Shown here: positions 8,617 to 18,109 of the stretch, one piece after another
Layout of the letters: every line of letters starts with the position of its first letter
Numbering within the stretch: position 1 is the stretch's first letter
Assembly (NCBI GenBank): GCA_050298595.1
Contig: JBNKUM010000051.1
Location: 1-54,052 of the forward strand
Reading direction: 5' to 3'
Origin: Gammaproteobacteria bacterium
Lineage (GTDB): Bacteria > Pseudomonadota > Gammaproteobacteria > GCA-001735895
Length of the DNA stretch: 54,052 bases
Program-made: the position numbers and the translations under genes
Notes under the pieces: generated by a model
The model's database searches: none
What the model saw: the letters and a program-made list of their open reading frames with translations, nothing else
Told to the model about the DNA's origin: nothing

Positions 8617-9834
8617 ATGTCTAAACCTATAACACACAACGACACGGCAGTTGCTCAAAGCAAACCGGATCAACCGAGTGTTTTAACGCACTTAAAATCG
8701 AATCTGCGCGAATATGGGATGCTGCTCGCTCTGGTTGTTATCATGTCTCTGTTCCAGTATCTGACTGATGGAACATTGATGCGTCCAGCCAATCTGACAA
8801 ATCTATTCTTACAGAATAGCTACATCATCATTATGGCGATAGGCATGTTGCTGGTCATAGTGGCGGGTCATATTGACTTATCAGTAGGTTCTATCGTCGG
8901 TTTTATCGGGGCGGTTGCTGCGGTTATGATGGTAGATTACGACCTTCCAACGTTACTGGTGATTCCGGTATGCCTGGTCCTTGGATTAATCATTGGGGGT
9001 GCGCAGGGCTATTGGGTAGCTTACTGGCGTATCCCGTCATTTATCGTGACGCTGGCAGGTATGCTGGTGTTTCGCGGCCTGACATTAGCCCTGCTGGAAG
9101 GCCAGTCAGTCGGACCTTTTCCAAAAAGCTTTCAATTGCTCAGTACTGGGTTTATTCCAGATATCTTTGGCCCAGAGCGCCCTAATCATACCGCATTAAT
9201 GCTGGGTATTTTGTGCGCGGGCGCTATCCTTTTTCTAGCGATTAGAGCTCGCCTCAAAGCACAAAAATACGGTGTTGAGGATGAGCCATTTTTATTCTTT
9301 GTGATCAAGAATGGCATAGTCAGCACTGCATTTATCTATATCTCGTATCTGTTATCAACCTACCGAGGATTGCCGAATGTGTTAATCACGATGGCCGTAT
9401 TGATAGCAATCTACACCTTTTTTACCAACCGCAGCACCATAGGCCGCAGAATCTACGCACTAGGTGGCAATGAAAAAGCCGCCAAGCTGTCGGGCATTAA
9501 TACCGAGCGTTTGACCTTTTTCACCTTTGCCAATATGGGCATGCTGGCTGCGCTGGCCGGGCTGATCTTTGCAGCACGTTTGAATACTGCAACCCCGAAG
9601 GCAGGCTTCGCTTTTGAGCTTGATGTTATCGCGGCGGTATTCATCGGTGGTGCATCCATGTCGGGTGGTGTGGGCAAGATCATAGGTGCTGTGATTGGGG
9701 CTCTGATTATGGGCGTGATGAATAACGGTATGTCGATTCTTGGGATCGGTATCGACTGGCAGCAGGTCATCAAGGGGTTGGTATTACTTGCCGCTGTTAT
9801 CTTCGATGTCTACAACAAAACCAAACATCGATAA
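8617..9834 (+). CDS. gguB: Sugar ABC transporter permease (GguB/MmsB)
   Basis: Multi-TM; GHIDLSVGS, GGNEKAAKLSGI, ELDVIAAVFIGG. Confidence 0.93.
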   Translation: MSKPITHNDTAVAQSKPDQPSVLTHLKSNLREYGMLLALVVIMSLFQYLTDGTLMRPANLTNLFLQNSYIIIMAIGMLLVIVAGHIDLSVGSIVGFIGAVAAVMMVDYDLPTLLVIPVCLVLGLIIGGAQGYWVAYWRIPSFIVTLAGMLVFRGLTLALLEGQSVGPFPKSFQLLSTGFIPDIFGPERPNHTALMLGILCAGAILFLAIRARLKAQKYGVEDEPFLFFVIKNGIVSTAFIYISYLLSTYRGLPNVLITMAVLIAIYTFFTNRSTIGRRIYALGGNEKAAKLSGINTERLTFFTFANMGMLAALAGLIFAARLNTATPKAGFAFELDVIAAVFIGGASMSGGVGKIIGAVIGALIMGVMNNGMSILGIGIDWQQVIKGLVLLAAVIFDVYNKTKHR

Positions 9835-9844
9835 TAGGTGGGGT

Positions 9845-10810
9845 ATGTTTTTATCACAGCTTAAAGGTGGCGGAGTGATCTGCCGCATCAACAATGAAGC
9901 GCGGCTGGTTAACGGTGTGCAGACAAGCTATGAACTGGCTAAACAGGCCATTCAACTGAGTATTAAGTTGAGCGACAAGGTCAGGCAACTAGGCCTGGGC
10001 GATACCGTTAATCTTGAACAGTTATTAGCCGATGGTGCTCTCGATTGCCCAATGCGCCATCCTGATGCCGCACACATGATGGTCACCGGAACCGGTCTGA
10101 CACATCTGGGTTCAGCTTCGGCACGCGATGCCATGCATAAGGCCGCAGAGGGTGAAACCGATTCCATGAAAATGTTCCGCATGGGGCTGGAAGGTGGTAA
10201 ACCTGCAGCCAATGAAACAGGCGTGCAGCCGGAGTGGTTTTACAAAGGCACAGGGAGTGCAGTCGTTGCACCGGGTGCAGCACTGGTATCGCCAGACTTT
10301 GCGCTGGATGGCAGTGAAGAACCTGAAATAGCCGGCATCTATATCAATTCGGATGAGGGTAGGCCCTACCGCGTGGGCTATGCACTGGCGAATGAGTTTT
10401 CTGATCATGTCACCGAGCGTGTTAACTACCTCTATCTGGCGCATTCAAAACTTAGACAAACCTGCTTTGGCCCGGAAATTTTTGTAGGCGATCTGCCACA
10501 GAATATTCAGGGCATTTCGAGGATTAAACGCGGTGACAGCGTGTTGTGGGAAAAGCCCTTTTTATCCGGCGAAGAGAACATGTCTCATACCATCGCTAAT
10601 CTGGAACATCATCATTTTAAATATGAAATATTTCGTGCCCCCGGTGATTTACATGTGCATATGTTCGGTACTGCAACACTGTCATTTGCCGATGGTATTA
10701 AGGTGCAGGATGGGGATGTGATTGAGATACAGGCTGCTGAGTTTGGTCTGGCACTGTATAACCCGGTCGCAACTGCGGTGGCGAGTGCACCGGTGGTTGA
10801 AGCCTTATGA
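9845..10810 (+). CDS. gguC: AraD1/GguC fumarylacetoacetate-hydrolase-fold protein (2-keto-3-deoxy-pentonate dehydratase type)
   Basis: TGTGLTHLGSA, QPEWFYKG, EEPEIAG, NEFSDH, NLEHHHFKY, FGTATLSF; start moved to the ATG after the AGGTGG RBS. Confidence 0.85.
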   Translation: MFLSQLKGGGVICRINNEARLVNGVQTSYELAKQAIQLSIKLSDKVRQLGLGDTVNLEQLLADGALDCPMRHPDAAHMMVTGTGLTHLGSASARDAMHKAAEGETDSMKMFRMGLEGGKPAANETGVQPEWFYKGTGSAVVAPGAALVSPDFALDGSEEPEIAGIYINSDEGRPYRVGYALANEFSDHVTERVNYLYLAHSKLRQTCFGPEIFVGDLPQNIQGISRIKRGDSVLWEKPFLSGEENMSHTIANLEHHHFKYEIFRAPGDLHVHMFGTATLSFADGIKVQDGDVIEIQAAEFGLALYNPVATAVASAPVVEAL

Positions 10811-11586
10811 TGCAGAAACAGACACAGCCCCTGTCCATCTATCCAGACTTGCGCGACAAAAGCGTATTCATCTCGGGTGGTGCGACCGGCATTGGACGTT
10901 CGCTGGTAGAGGCCTATGCCACACAGGGCGCAAAGACCGCGTTTGTCGATCTGGATCAGGATGAAGGCAGCAGACTGGAGAGTGAGTTACGCACAGAGGG
11001 CTATGAAGTCAGCTTCAGGCACTGCGATATTACAGATTTATCAAACTATCAGCATGTCATTCAGGAGTGTGCTGAAAGGTTTGGACCCATTCAGGTGTTA
11101 TTGAATAACGCCGCCAACGACGTGCGACATTCTCTGGATAGCCTGAGCTCAGAGCGCTTCGATGAGCTGATTTCAGTGAATATTAAACATGCATTATTTG
11201 CCGCACAAACCGTAGCACCGATGATGCGCAAACAGGGCGGCGGATCGATTATTAACTTCGGTTCTGTGGGCTGGATGATGGCGACCGCTGGCTACCCAGT
11301 GTACGCCGCCAGTAAGGCTGCCACACATGGTTTAACGCGTGGGCTGGCACGCGACCTTGGCACTGATTCGATTCGTGTTAACACGCTGGTGCCGGGCTGG
11401 GTAATGACAGAGAAACAACTCAAGCTGTGGGTGGATGATGAGGCACGTGAATTGATCCGCCGTAGCCAGTGTTTGGCGGGTTCGCTACTACCCGAGCACA
11501 TAGCACAGATGGCTCTTTTTCTAGGTTCTGATGCATCGTCAATGTGCTCAGCGCAAAATTTTATAGTTGATGGAGGCTGGGTATGA
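10807..11586 (+). CDS. SDR-family pentose 1-dehydrogenase (L-arabinose/D-xylose type)
   Basis: YPDL, GGATGIG, NNAANDxRH, YAASK, PGWVMTEKQ. Confidence 0.85.
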   Translation: MMQKQTQPLSIYPDLRDKSVFISGGATGIGRSLVEAYATQGAKTAFVDLDQDEGSRLESELRTEGYEVSFRHCDITDLSNYQHVIQECAERFGPIQVLLNNAANDVRHSLDSLSSERFDELISVNIKHALFAAQTVAPMMRKQGGGSIINFGSVGWMMATAGYPVYAASKAATHGLTRGLARDLGTDSIRVNTLVPGWVMTEKQLKLWVDDEARELIRRSQCLAGSLLPEHIAQMALFLGSDASSMCSAQNFIVDGGWV

Positions 11587-13328
11587 GTAAGTTTGAGCCT
11601 AAAGAGTGGCCACGTAAATTACGTTCTTCAGAATGGTTTGGCGGCACCTCACGTGACCATATCTATCATCGCAGCTGGATGAAAAACCAGGGCCTACCGG
11701 CTGATCTATTTGATGGTCGTCCGGTGATCGGCATCTGTAACACCTGGTCCCAGCTAAACCCCTGTAACGCACATCTGCGTGATCTAGCCGAACGCGTTGC
11801 TATCGGGATTTATGAAGCCGGAGGCTTGCCACTGGAGTTTCCGGTATTTTCTACCGGTGAGAGTTCTCTGCGCCCCACCGCCATGATGTACAGAAACATG
11901 GCCGCAATGGATGTTGAAGAAGCGTTGCGCGCCAATCCACTGGATGGAGTTGTACTGCTTGCCGGCTGCGATAAGACGACTCCAGCCCTGTTAATGGGTG
12001 CCTGTAGTACCGATATCCCTTCCATAGTGGTATCCGGTGGGCCTATGTTAAATGGCTGGTTCAGAGGAGAGCGTGTGGGGTCAGGTACGGCACTGTGGCA
12101 AATGTCTGAGGATATCAAGGCAGGCAAGATGACTCAGGACGATTTCCTGGAAGCAGAGCAGGCTATGTCGCGTTCTGCAGGTTCCTGCAATACCATGGGT
12201 ACAGCAAGCACCATGGCCAGTATGGCTGAAGCGCTGGGTATGGCATTGTCAGGCAATGCAGCGATACCGGCAGTAGATAGTCGGCGTCGTGTGATGGCGC
12301 ATATGTCGGGTAGACGCATCGTACAAATGGTTAAGGACGATCTGAAGCCCTCCGATGTACTGACAAAAGAAGCGTTTGAGAATGCTATACGGGTGAATGG
12401 TGCGATTGGCGGATCTACTAATGCGGTGATCCATCTGCTGGCGATTGCGGGCCGCGTTGGGGTTGATTTAACACTGGAAGACTGGGACCGATTAGGCCGT
12501 GATATCCCAACTATTGTGAATCTAATGCCCTCCGGCAAATACCTGATGGAAGAGTTCTTCTATGCGGGAGGCTTACCGGTAGTGGTTAAAATGCTAGGCG
12601 AGTCTAACCGCCTGCATCGCGAGGCGATTACGGTTTCCGGGGATTCTATCTGGAACGAAGTAAAAGATGTTAAAAACTGGAATCAGGATGTCATACGGCC
12701 AGTTGAAAATGCTCTCACGGATAGAGGAGGCATAGTCGTGCTAAAAGGTAATCTGGCTCCTGCCGGTGCGGTGTTAAAGCCATCAGCGGCTACACCACAT
12801 CTAATGCAGCATAGAGGTCGGGCGGTAGTGTTTGAAGATATCGATGACTATAAAGCTCGTATCAATGATGAGTCACTGGATATAGATGAAAACTGTGTCA
12901 TGGTGATGAAAAACTGTGGCCCAAAGGGCTATCCGGGGATGGCTGAAGTGGGCAATATGGGGCTGCCACCCAAGGTTCTGCGTAAGGGGATTACCGACAT
13001 GGTGCGCATCTCGGATGCGAGAATGTCGGGAACAGCTTATGGCACAGTTGTGTTGCATACCACACCCGAAGCTGCTGCCGGTGGGCCGTTGGCCATCGTG
13101 AAAAGCGGCGACATGATAGAACTGGATGTGGCTAATCGCCGTCTGCATCTGGATATCAGTGACGAAGAATTAAATTCGCGTCTTGCAGCATGGTCGTCAA
13201 GCATTGTGCCGCCAGCTGGTGGTTATGCCCGACTTTTTTATGAGCATGTACAGGGTGCCGATACGGGTGCTGATTTTGACTTCCTCAAGGGCTGCCGTGG
13301 TGCACCCATCCCCAGGGACAGTCATTAA
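11583..13328 (+). CDS. araD: IlvD/Edd-family sugar-acid dehydratase, L-arabinonate dehydratase type
   Basis: LRSxEWFG, GCDKTTP, GSCNTMGTAS, SDARMSGTAYG, C-terminal RDSH; symbol in the oxidative-pathway sense, not E. coli araD. Confidence 0.88.
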   Translation: MSKFEPKEWPRKLRSSEWFGGTSRDHIYHRSWMKNQGLPADLFDGRPVIGICNTWSQLNPCNAHLRDLAERVAIGIYEAGGLPLEFPVFSTGESSLRPTAMMYRNMAAMDVEEALRANPLDGVVLLAGCDKTTPALLMGACSTDIPSIVVSGGPMLNGWFRGERVGSGTALWQMSEDIKAGKMTQDDFLEAEQAMSRSAGSCNTMGTASTMASMAEALGMALSGNAAIPAVDSRRRVMAHMSGRRIVQMVKDDLKPSDVLTKEAFENAIRVNGAIGGSTNAVIHLLAIAGRVGVDLTLEDWDRLGRDIPTIVNLMPSGKYLMEEFFYAGGLPVVVKMLGESNRLHREAITVSGDSIWNEVKDVKNWNQDVIRPVENALTDRGGIVVLKGNLAPAGAVLKPSAATPHLMQHRGRAVVFEDIDDYKARINDESLDIDENCVMVMKNCGPKGYPGMAEVGNMGLPPKVLRKGITDMVRISDARMSGTAYGTVVLHTTPEAAAGGPLAIVKSGDMIELDVANRRLHLDISDEELNSRLAAWSSSIVPPAGGYARLFYEHVQGADTGADFDFLKGCRGAPIPRDSH

Positions 13329-13356
13329 TTATGAATAATTGAAAATAGAGAGTTTT

Positions 13357-14868
13357 ATGATTATAGGTAAACATTTAGTAAATGGTCAATGGGTTCAGAC
13401 TGATTCAACTTTTGACTCTGCTCCCTATAAAGGAGAGAGCCATACGTTTTACAAAGGCACCCCTGAACTTGTCGCTCAGGCGGCGCAGTTAGCCGAGACC
13501 GCGTTTGAAAGCTTTGGCTATAGCTCGGATGAAACCCGTGCAGCGTTATTAAACCGCATAGCCGATGAGATTGATGTCAGAGGTGATGAGATCACGTTGA
13601 TTGGCACCCAGGAAACAGGCTTACCCGAAGCGCGCCTGATCGGTGAGCGCGGCCGTACTACCGGACAGCTAAGGTTATTTGCAAGCCATATTTTAAAGCG
13701 AGAATATCTGGATATTCGTCACGATGAAGCATTACCAGATAGACAGCCCTTAGCGCGCCCCGATTTGCGCTTGATGCAGCGTCCCGCAGGTCCAGTAGCG
13801 GTATTTGGGGCATCGAATTTCCCATTAGCTTTTTCCACTGCGGGTGGTGATACCGCAGCTGCACTTGCCTCAGGCTGCCCAGTGATTGTTAAAGGTCACT
13901 CAGCACATCCAGGTACGGCTGAGCTGGTTGCTCAGGCGATAGATGCAGCGCTTAAAGCACTAGATCTACCAGCCGGAATCTTCGCTCTAATACAGGGTGG
14001 TGATAGAGCTGTTGGTGAAGCACTGGTACAGAACCCTTATATTAAAGCGGTTGGTTTTACCGGCTCTCTGGGTGGTGGACGTGCGCTGTATAACCTGTGT
14101 GCAGCACGGCCAGAACCGATTCCATTTTTCGGTGAACTAGGCTCGGTCAATCCTATGTTTATTTTACCGAGTGCATTGGCTCAACGTGGCGCTGAAATCG
14201 GTTCTGGCTGGGCTAGCTCAGTGACTATGGGCGCCGGACAATTCTGTACCAATCCGGGTATTGCTGTGGTGTTAGAGGGTGAAGGTTTTGATGACTTTAT
14301 TACGGGTGTTTCCGAAGCTTTACTAAAGACACCAGAGCAGGCCATGCTAACCGATGGTATTGCACAGGCCTATCGTGATGGTTGTATTCGCATTAAAAAT
14401 GTGGAAAAAGTCGAACAGTTACTTGGAAGCGAATGTGGTTTACGCTCTGCGACCCCTTATTTGTTTTTAGTGGATGCAGATATCTGGTTGCAACAAGAAG
14501 ATCTGGCGGAAGAAGTGTTTGGCCCATTGGCTATTCTGGTGCGAGCTAAAGATGCGACTCAACTGGAACAGATCGTTCGAGCTTTACCGGGTCAGTTAAC
14601 CTGTACCATGCATATCGATGAGGCTGATTATTCATTGGCAGCCAGCTTATTACCGCTGCTGGAACGCAAAGCCGGGCGCTTACTGGTTAATGGTTTTCCA
14701 ACGGGTGTCGAAGTCTGCGATGCGATGGTACACGGCGGACCTTATCCAGCATCGACCAACTTTGGTGCGACCTCGGTAGGCACACTATCTATACGTCGCT
14801 TCATGCGCCCAGTATGTTACCAAAATATGCCCGAAGAATTGCTGCCGCAAAATTTAAAAAAAGCTTAA
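13357..14868 (+). CDS. NADP-dependent aldehyde dehydrogenase (alpha-ketoglutarate semialdehyde dehydrogenase type)
   Basis: FGASNFPLAFSTAGGDTA, GFTGS, GELGSVNP, GQFCTNPG, HGGPYPAST. Confidence 0.9.
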   Translation: MIIGKHLVNGQWVQTDSTFDSAPYKGESHTFYKGTPELVAQAAQLAETAFESFGYSSDETRAALLNRIADEIDVRGDEITLIGTQETGLPEARLIGERGRTTGQLRLFASHILKREYLDIRHDEALPDRQPLARPDLRLMQRPAGPVAVFGASNFPLAFSTAGGDTAAALASGCPVIVKGHSAHPGTAELVAQAIDAALKALDLPAGIFALIQGGDRAVGEALVQNPYIKAVGFTGSLGGGRALYNLCAARPEPIPFFGELGSVNPMFILPSALAQRGAEIGSGWASSVTMGAGQFCTNPGIAVVLEGEGFDDFITGVSEALLKTPEQAMLTDGIAQAYRDGCIRIKNVEKVEQLLGSECGLRSATPYLFLVDADIWLQQEDLAEEVFGPLAILVRAKDATQLEQIVRALPGQLTCTMHIDEADYSLAASLLPLLERKAGRLLVNGFPTGVEVCDAMVHGGPYPASTNFGATSVGTLSIRRFMRPVCYQNMPEELLPQNLKKA

Positions 14869-14897
14869 TTCTATATCATTCTCCTCTTGCTTTTCAG

Positions 14898-14931
14898 GGC
14901 TAAACGAAGATCTATAGATCTTCGTTTAGCC
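14898..14931. terminator. Perfect 34-bp palindrome, probable terminator of the pentose operon
   Basis: GGCTAAACGAAGATCTA|TAGATCTTCGTTTAGCC, with a T-run at 14936. Confidence 0.6.
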
Positions 14932-15119
14932 ATCGTTTTTATTATAAAAAATTACCTGATTACACCTGAAATTCAGCCAAGTTAGCGCACTTAAAAAAAG
15001 CGCGCCACAGATTAGGGCAGGTTGGGCATAAGTAGAGTAACGCAGGATGCCAAGGTCGAGCGGTTGACGAGGACAAGGAGGCCGAAGAGAGAAAATGTTA
15101 ACCAGATTATTACCCTTTT

Positions 15120-15461
15120 TTAATCCCCCATTACCAGAAGTTCCCTATCTTCAGTATCTTCAATGACGCTGTTGATAATTGCGACAAATGTGGCGTGCTG
15201 CTTCCTGGTTAGCACCGGCTTTAGCATGGCGAAGGTTTCCTGGTAAAATGCAAGTTCCTGTTGCCACTCTCTCGTTTTAAGTTCTAGAAATAACTCCCTC
15301 CTCTTTTCTATTATCGTTAAATAAGCTAACGCCTGGTCGTGTTTCAAGGCCAGCAGTTCGATCATTTCCTGATCAACTTCAGCGTACATTTCCCTCGCAT
15401 CTGCGCCAGCACTAGTTGAAACCAATAGCAAGATTACTACAGTAATCATGAACTTTTTCAT
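15120..15461 (-). CDS. Exported helical hypothetical protein
   Basis: MKK signal peptide, GGAGAG RBS. Confidence 0.75.
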   Translation of the reverse strand: MKKFMITVVILLLVSTSAGADAREMYAEVDQEMIELLALKHDQALAYLTIIEKRRELFLELKTREWQQELAFYQETFAMLKPVLTRKQHATFVAIINSVIEDTEDRELLVMGD

Positions 15462-15681
15462 AAGGTTTCTCTCCTCTGGAAGTGACTTTTACTAAAGTCT
15501 GGAGGTTGGGTGTGAAAATCTTGTGAAAAAATACAAAAGGAGTTGATCAGCTTCTAACAGATAAACTTTTTAAAAGTCCTAATATTATTTTTGGATGTCC
15601 TCAATTATACGAATGTCAGCTATGTAAATTTGTAAGATAACATCAAGCCTTGATTCACAATATGTCAGATCAAATATGAGT

Positions 15682-17481
15682 TCAGTACAAATTACCTGGT
15701 GGACTGTTATATTTATCCCACAGGGTTTTGAAGCTGGAATCCAGCTCGGAAAGCTCTGCATCAATTATCCCGAGCTGAGTTAATCCGGTTACTGGTTTGA
15801 TCTCTCCGGATTCCAGTTGCTTTTTGAGTTTTTCACGTTTTTTAAATACCTCTGTGATCCTTTGCTTGAGTGACTGCATTTGTTGATGATCATGTCGTGA
15901 AGTTGGAATATCTCTATTTTTTAAATGTGTATAAGGGGGCAGAGTTTGCAGGCGTTCATCATTTACTGGATCGCCTACCGTGAAGTGATACATATCCTGA
16001 AAGACTGAGTCTTTAAGACCCAGCAGCAAATGGAATTCGTCATCAAAGAAACAACCGATACCAGTACCGCGTTTTCCAATGGCTTCGGCCTGTAGATACA
16101 GCTGATGGCCGAGAAATCCTGCTTCCCAATACAGTTGACGATAGGACTCAGGACCAGTAGTCAGAGCTTTATCGAATTCAGCCAGCATGCCGAGACTGAA
16201 TGCACTGCTGGATGCAATTTCCTGATGACAGGATATGCTTCTTGCCTGTTTGCGTGAATCGGCATGAGATAATAGATAAAGCGGCAGCTCAGGTGGGCAG
16301 TGGTCTGGCCTGGTCCAGTGAAACTGATTGTCCATTATTTGTTGCATCTGCATGAAAGCCTGTTGGTGTCGGGGTAGTGCATACAGTCCAGGTTCCACTC
16401 CATTAACTCGATGTACAAAAATAATCGGGTGTAACAATGCTGGAAAATCCCAATATCTGGCAGAGCTGGTATCGGCTATGGTTAATAAGGAATTTAATAG
16501 GCAATAAAACTCATTTTGACTAATGGCACTAGTTTTAGCACTAAAAGCCTGTCCACTTCGACGTTGTCTGATGAGTGAAATTAGTGATTGATTGGATTGA
16601 TCAATGCAGGTTTTAAATACGCTTTTATGGGGTAAATTATCATTATTGTTTTGGGGCTTGGTATTTCTATCCCATGTTGCCTGAGATATTTCTTCAAGCA
16701 CCTTCCATTCATGGTACGGGTCTCCACCAAGAGGGTTCGCTTTTCCCGTCCAGTGATCAACCGGTGGAATGGTAAAGGGTTGTTTATCCTGCTCTGAGGA
16801 TATTTTTAATAATACATCCGGGTGCTCTCGTTCGGCATGCTGGTAATCCTGTTGTCGATCTAAGCCCAACAATGTGGCCAGAGAGTCATCATCAATTGAA
16901 ACTATAGCCACCTGAAGCTGAAGCGTACTCGCTGCATATTTCACCGCTGCAATGGCATGCCCCACATCCAGTTGAACATAGCGAAATGCTCGCTCACCAT
17001 ACTTCCAGGCTTCACGCCAGATGATGCTGCTTAGCCCAATGAATAAAGCAGGGTCGGTATTCTGTGGGGATGAGATAATGCCGCGCTGTTCAAGTACATG
17101 ATCATGTGGGGCATAGTGATGTACACCATCCTGCAATCCATCGATAGCGTTGGCGATCACATAGCCTTCAGTAGGGTGTAGATTACCACTGGAAGGGTTG
17201 CAACGCAGTGCCCAACGATTGGGGCCGTATTGTTTCCATGCAGACAGGCCCAGAGAAAGTTCAAGCAGGTTGGCGACTGTGGTGAGACTGAGATGACCGG
17301 TATCGGAGGGTTGCTCTGTTTCCAGCAAGGGTAACTCGGTTAATGCACAGCCCTGATACACGCGAAATGGATTGGGCTGGTTTTCCCAATCCAGATATTC
17401 GGGGCCGCGCGCATAACCACTCAGACGATGCTTGGTCCGCTCATGATAAGCCCTGACGATGTCGAGCTGGGTGCCGTTCAT
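15682..17481 (-). CDS. SagB/ThcOx-family nitroreductase-fold protein (two domains) with C-terminal helical extension
   Basis: YHERTKH, LDWENQPNPFR, LRCNPSSGNLHPTE, WREAWKYGERAFRY, GTGIGCFFDD. Confidence 0.9.
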   Translation of the reverse strand: MNGTQLDIVRAYHERTKHRLSGYARGPEYLDWENQPNPFRVYQGCALTELPLLETEQPSDTGHLSLTTVANLLELSLGLSAWKQYGPNRWALRCNPSSGNLHPTEGYVIANAIDGLQDGVHHYAPHDHVLEQRGIISSPQNTDPALFIGLSSIIWREAWKYGERAFRYVQLDVGHAIAAVKYAASTLQLQVAIVSIDDDSLATLLGLDRQQDYQHAEREHPDVLLKISSEQDKQPFTIPPVDHWTGKANPLGGDPYHEWKVLEEISQATWDRNTKPQNNNDNLPHKSVFKTCIDQSNQSLISLIRQRRSGQAFSAKTSAISQNEFYCLLNSLLTIADTSSARYWDFPALLHPIIFVHRVNGVEPGLYALPRHQQAFMQMQQIMDNQFHWTRPDHCPPELPLYLLSHADSRKQARSISCHQEIASSSAFSLGMLAEFDKALTTGPESYRQLYWEAGFLGHQLYLQAEAIGKRGTGIGCFFDDEFHLLLGLKDSVFQDMYHFTVGDPVNDERLQTLPPYTHLKNRDIPTSRHDHQQMQSLKQRITEVFKKREKLKKQLESGEIKPVTGLTQLGIIDAELSELDSSFKTLWDKYNSPPGNLY

Positions 17482-17491
17482 AAAGGCTATA

Positions 17492-17752
17492 TTAACCGAG
17501 TTGAATCAGATTGCTCGGTGTTTGTGATAATTCTGCTGGAGTTTTTGCCTTGACCCCTAATGCATGCAGCTTACCCGTTTGTAATTCTTCACTGAATAGC
17601 GCCAGTATGGATTGCTGCCGTTTCAACAGGCTCATTCCTTCAAATTCAGGGCTCACGACAAAAACCTCAAAGTTACAGTTTTCGCCATTGGCTTCCATGG
17701 CGGCTTGTGGATACAGGGTTTTGATGCGTTGTAATATCTGCTCTTCATCCAT
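17492..17752 (-). CDS. BolA/IbaG-family protein
   Basis: VVSPEFEGMSLLKRQQ, LHAL, KTPAE; adjacent to a monothiol glutaredoxin. Confidence 0.9.
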   Translation of the reverse strand: MDEEQILQRIKTLYPQAAMEANGENCNFEVFVVSPEFEGMSLLKRQQSILALFSEELQTGKLHALGVKAKTPAELSQTPSNLIQLG

Positions 17753-17757
17753 GGCGC

Positions 17758-18078
17758 TTACTCAGCTGTGCTCGTGGCAGATATCATTTTCTGTAAATCA
17801 CCGGAATTAAACATCTCTTCTACGATATCGCTGCCGCCGATCAATTCACCGTTGATAAAAACCTGAGGGAAGGTAGGGAAGTTGGAAAAAGCAGGTAAAC
17901 GTTCCATGATAAAGGGTGACTGCAGGACGTTCAGATAACCAAAAGCAACACCCGTTTGTTTCAGTATGCTGGAGGCTTTGGCTGAGAAACCGCATTCAGG
18001 GTTATCCGGGGTTCCTTTCATGTAAATCATGATCGGGTTTTCATCAATCTGCTTTTGTATTTTTTCTTCGGTTTTCAT
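17758..18078 (-). CDS. Monothiol CGFS glutaredoxin (Grx4/GrxD family)
   Basis: YMKGTP..PECGFS, PTFPQ, GGSDI. Confidence 0.93.
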   Translation of the reverse strand: MKTEEKIQKQIDENPIMIYMKGTPDNPECGFSAKASSILKQTGVAFGYLNVLQSPFIMERLPAFSNFPTFPQVFINGELIGGSDIVEEMFNSGDLQKMISATSTAE

Positions 18079-18109
18079 TATGTATCTCCAATAGGGTTAA
18101 TAGTAGTGT

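Noticed and set aside
9740-9844. N-terminal extension of gguC
   Set aside because: Overlaps gguB by 95 bp; an RBS precedes the ATG at 9845
15682-17481. RiPP (azole) biosynthetic cluster suggested by the SagB family
   Set aside because: No YcaO cyclodehydratase, precursor peptide or exporter in the vicinity
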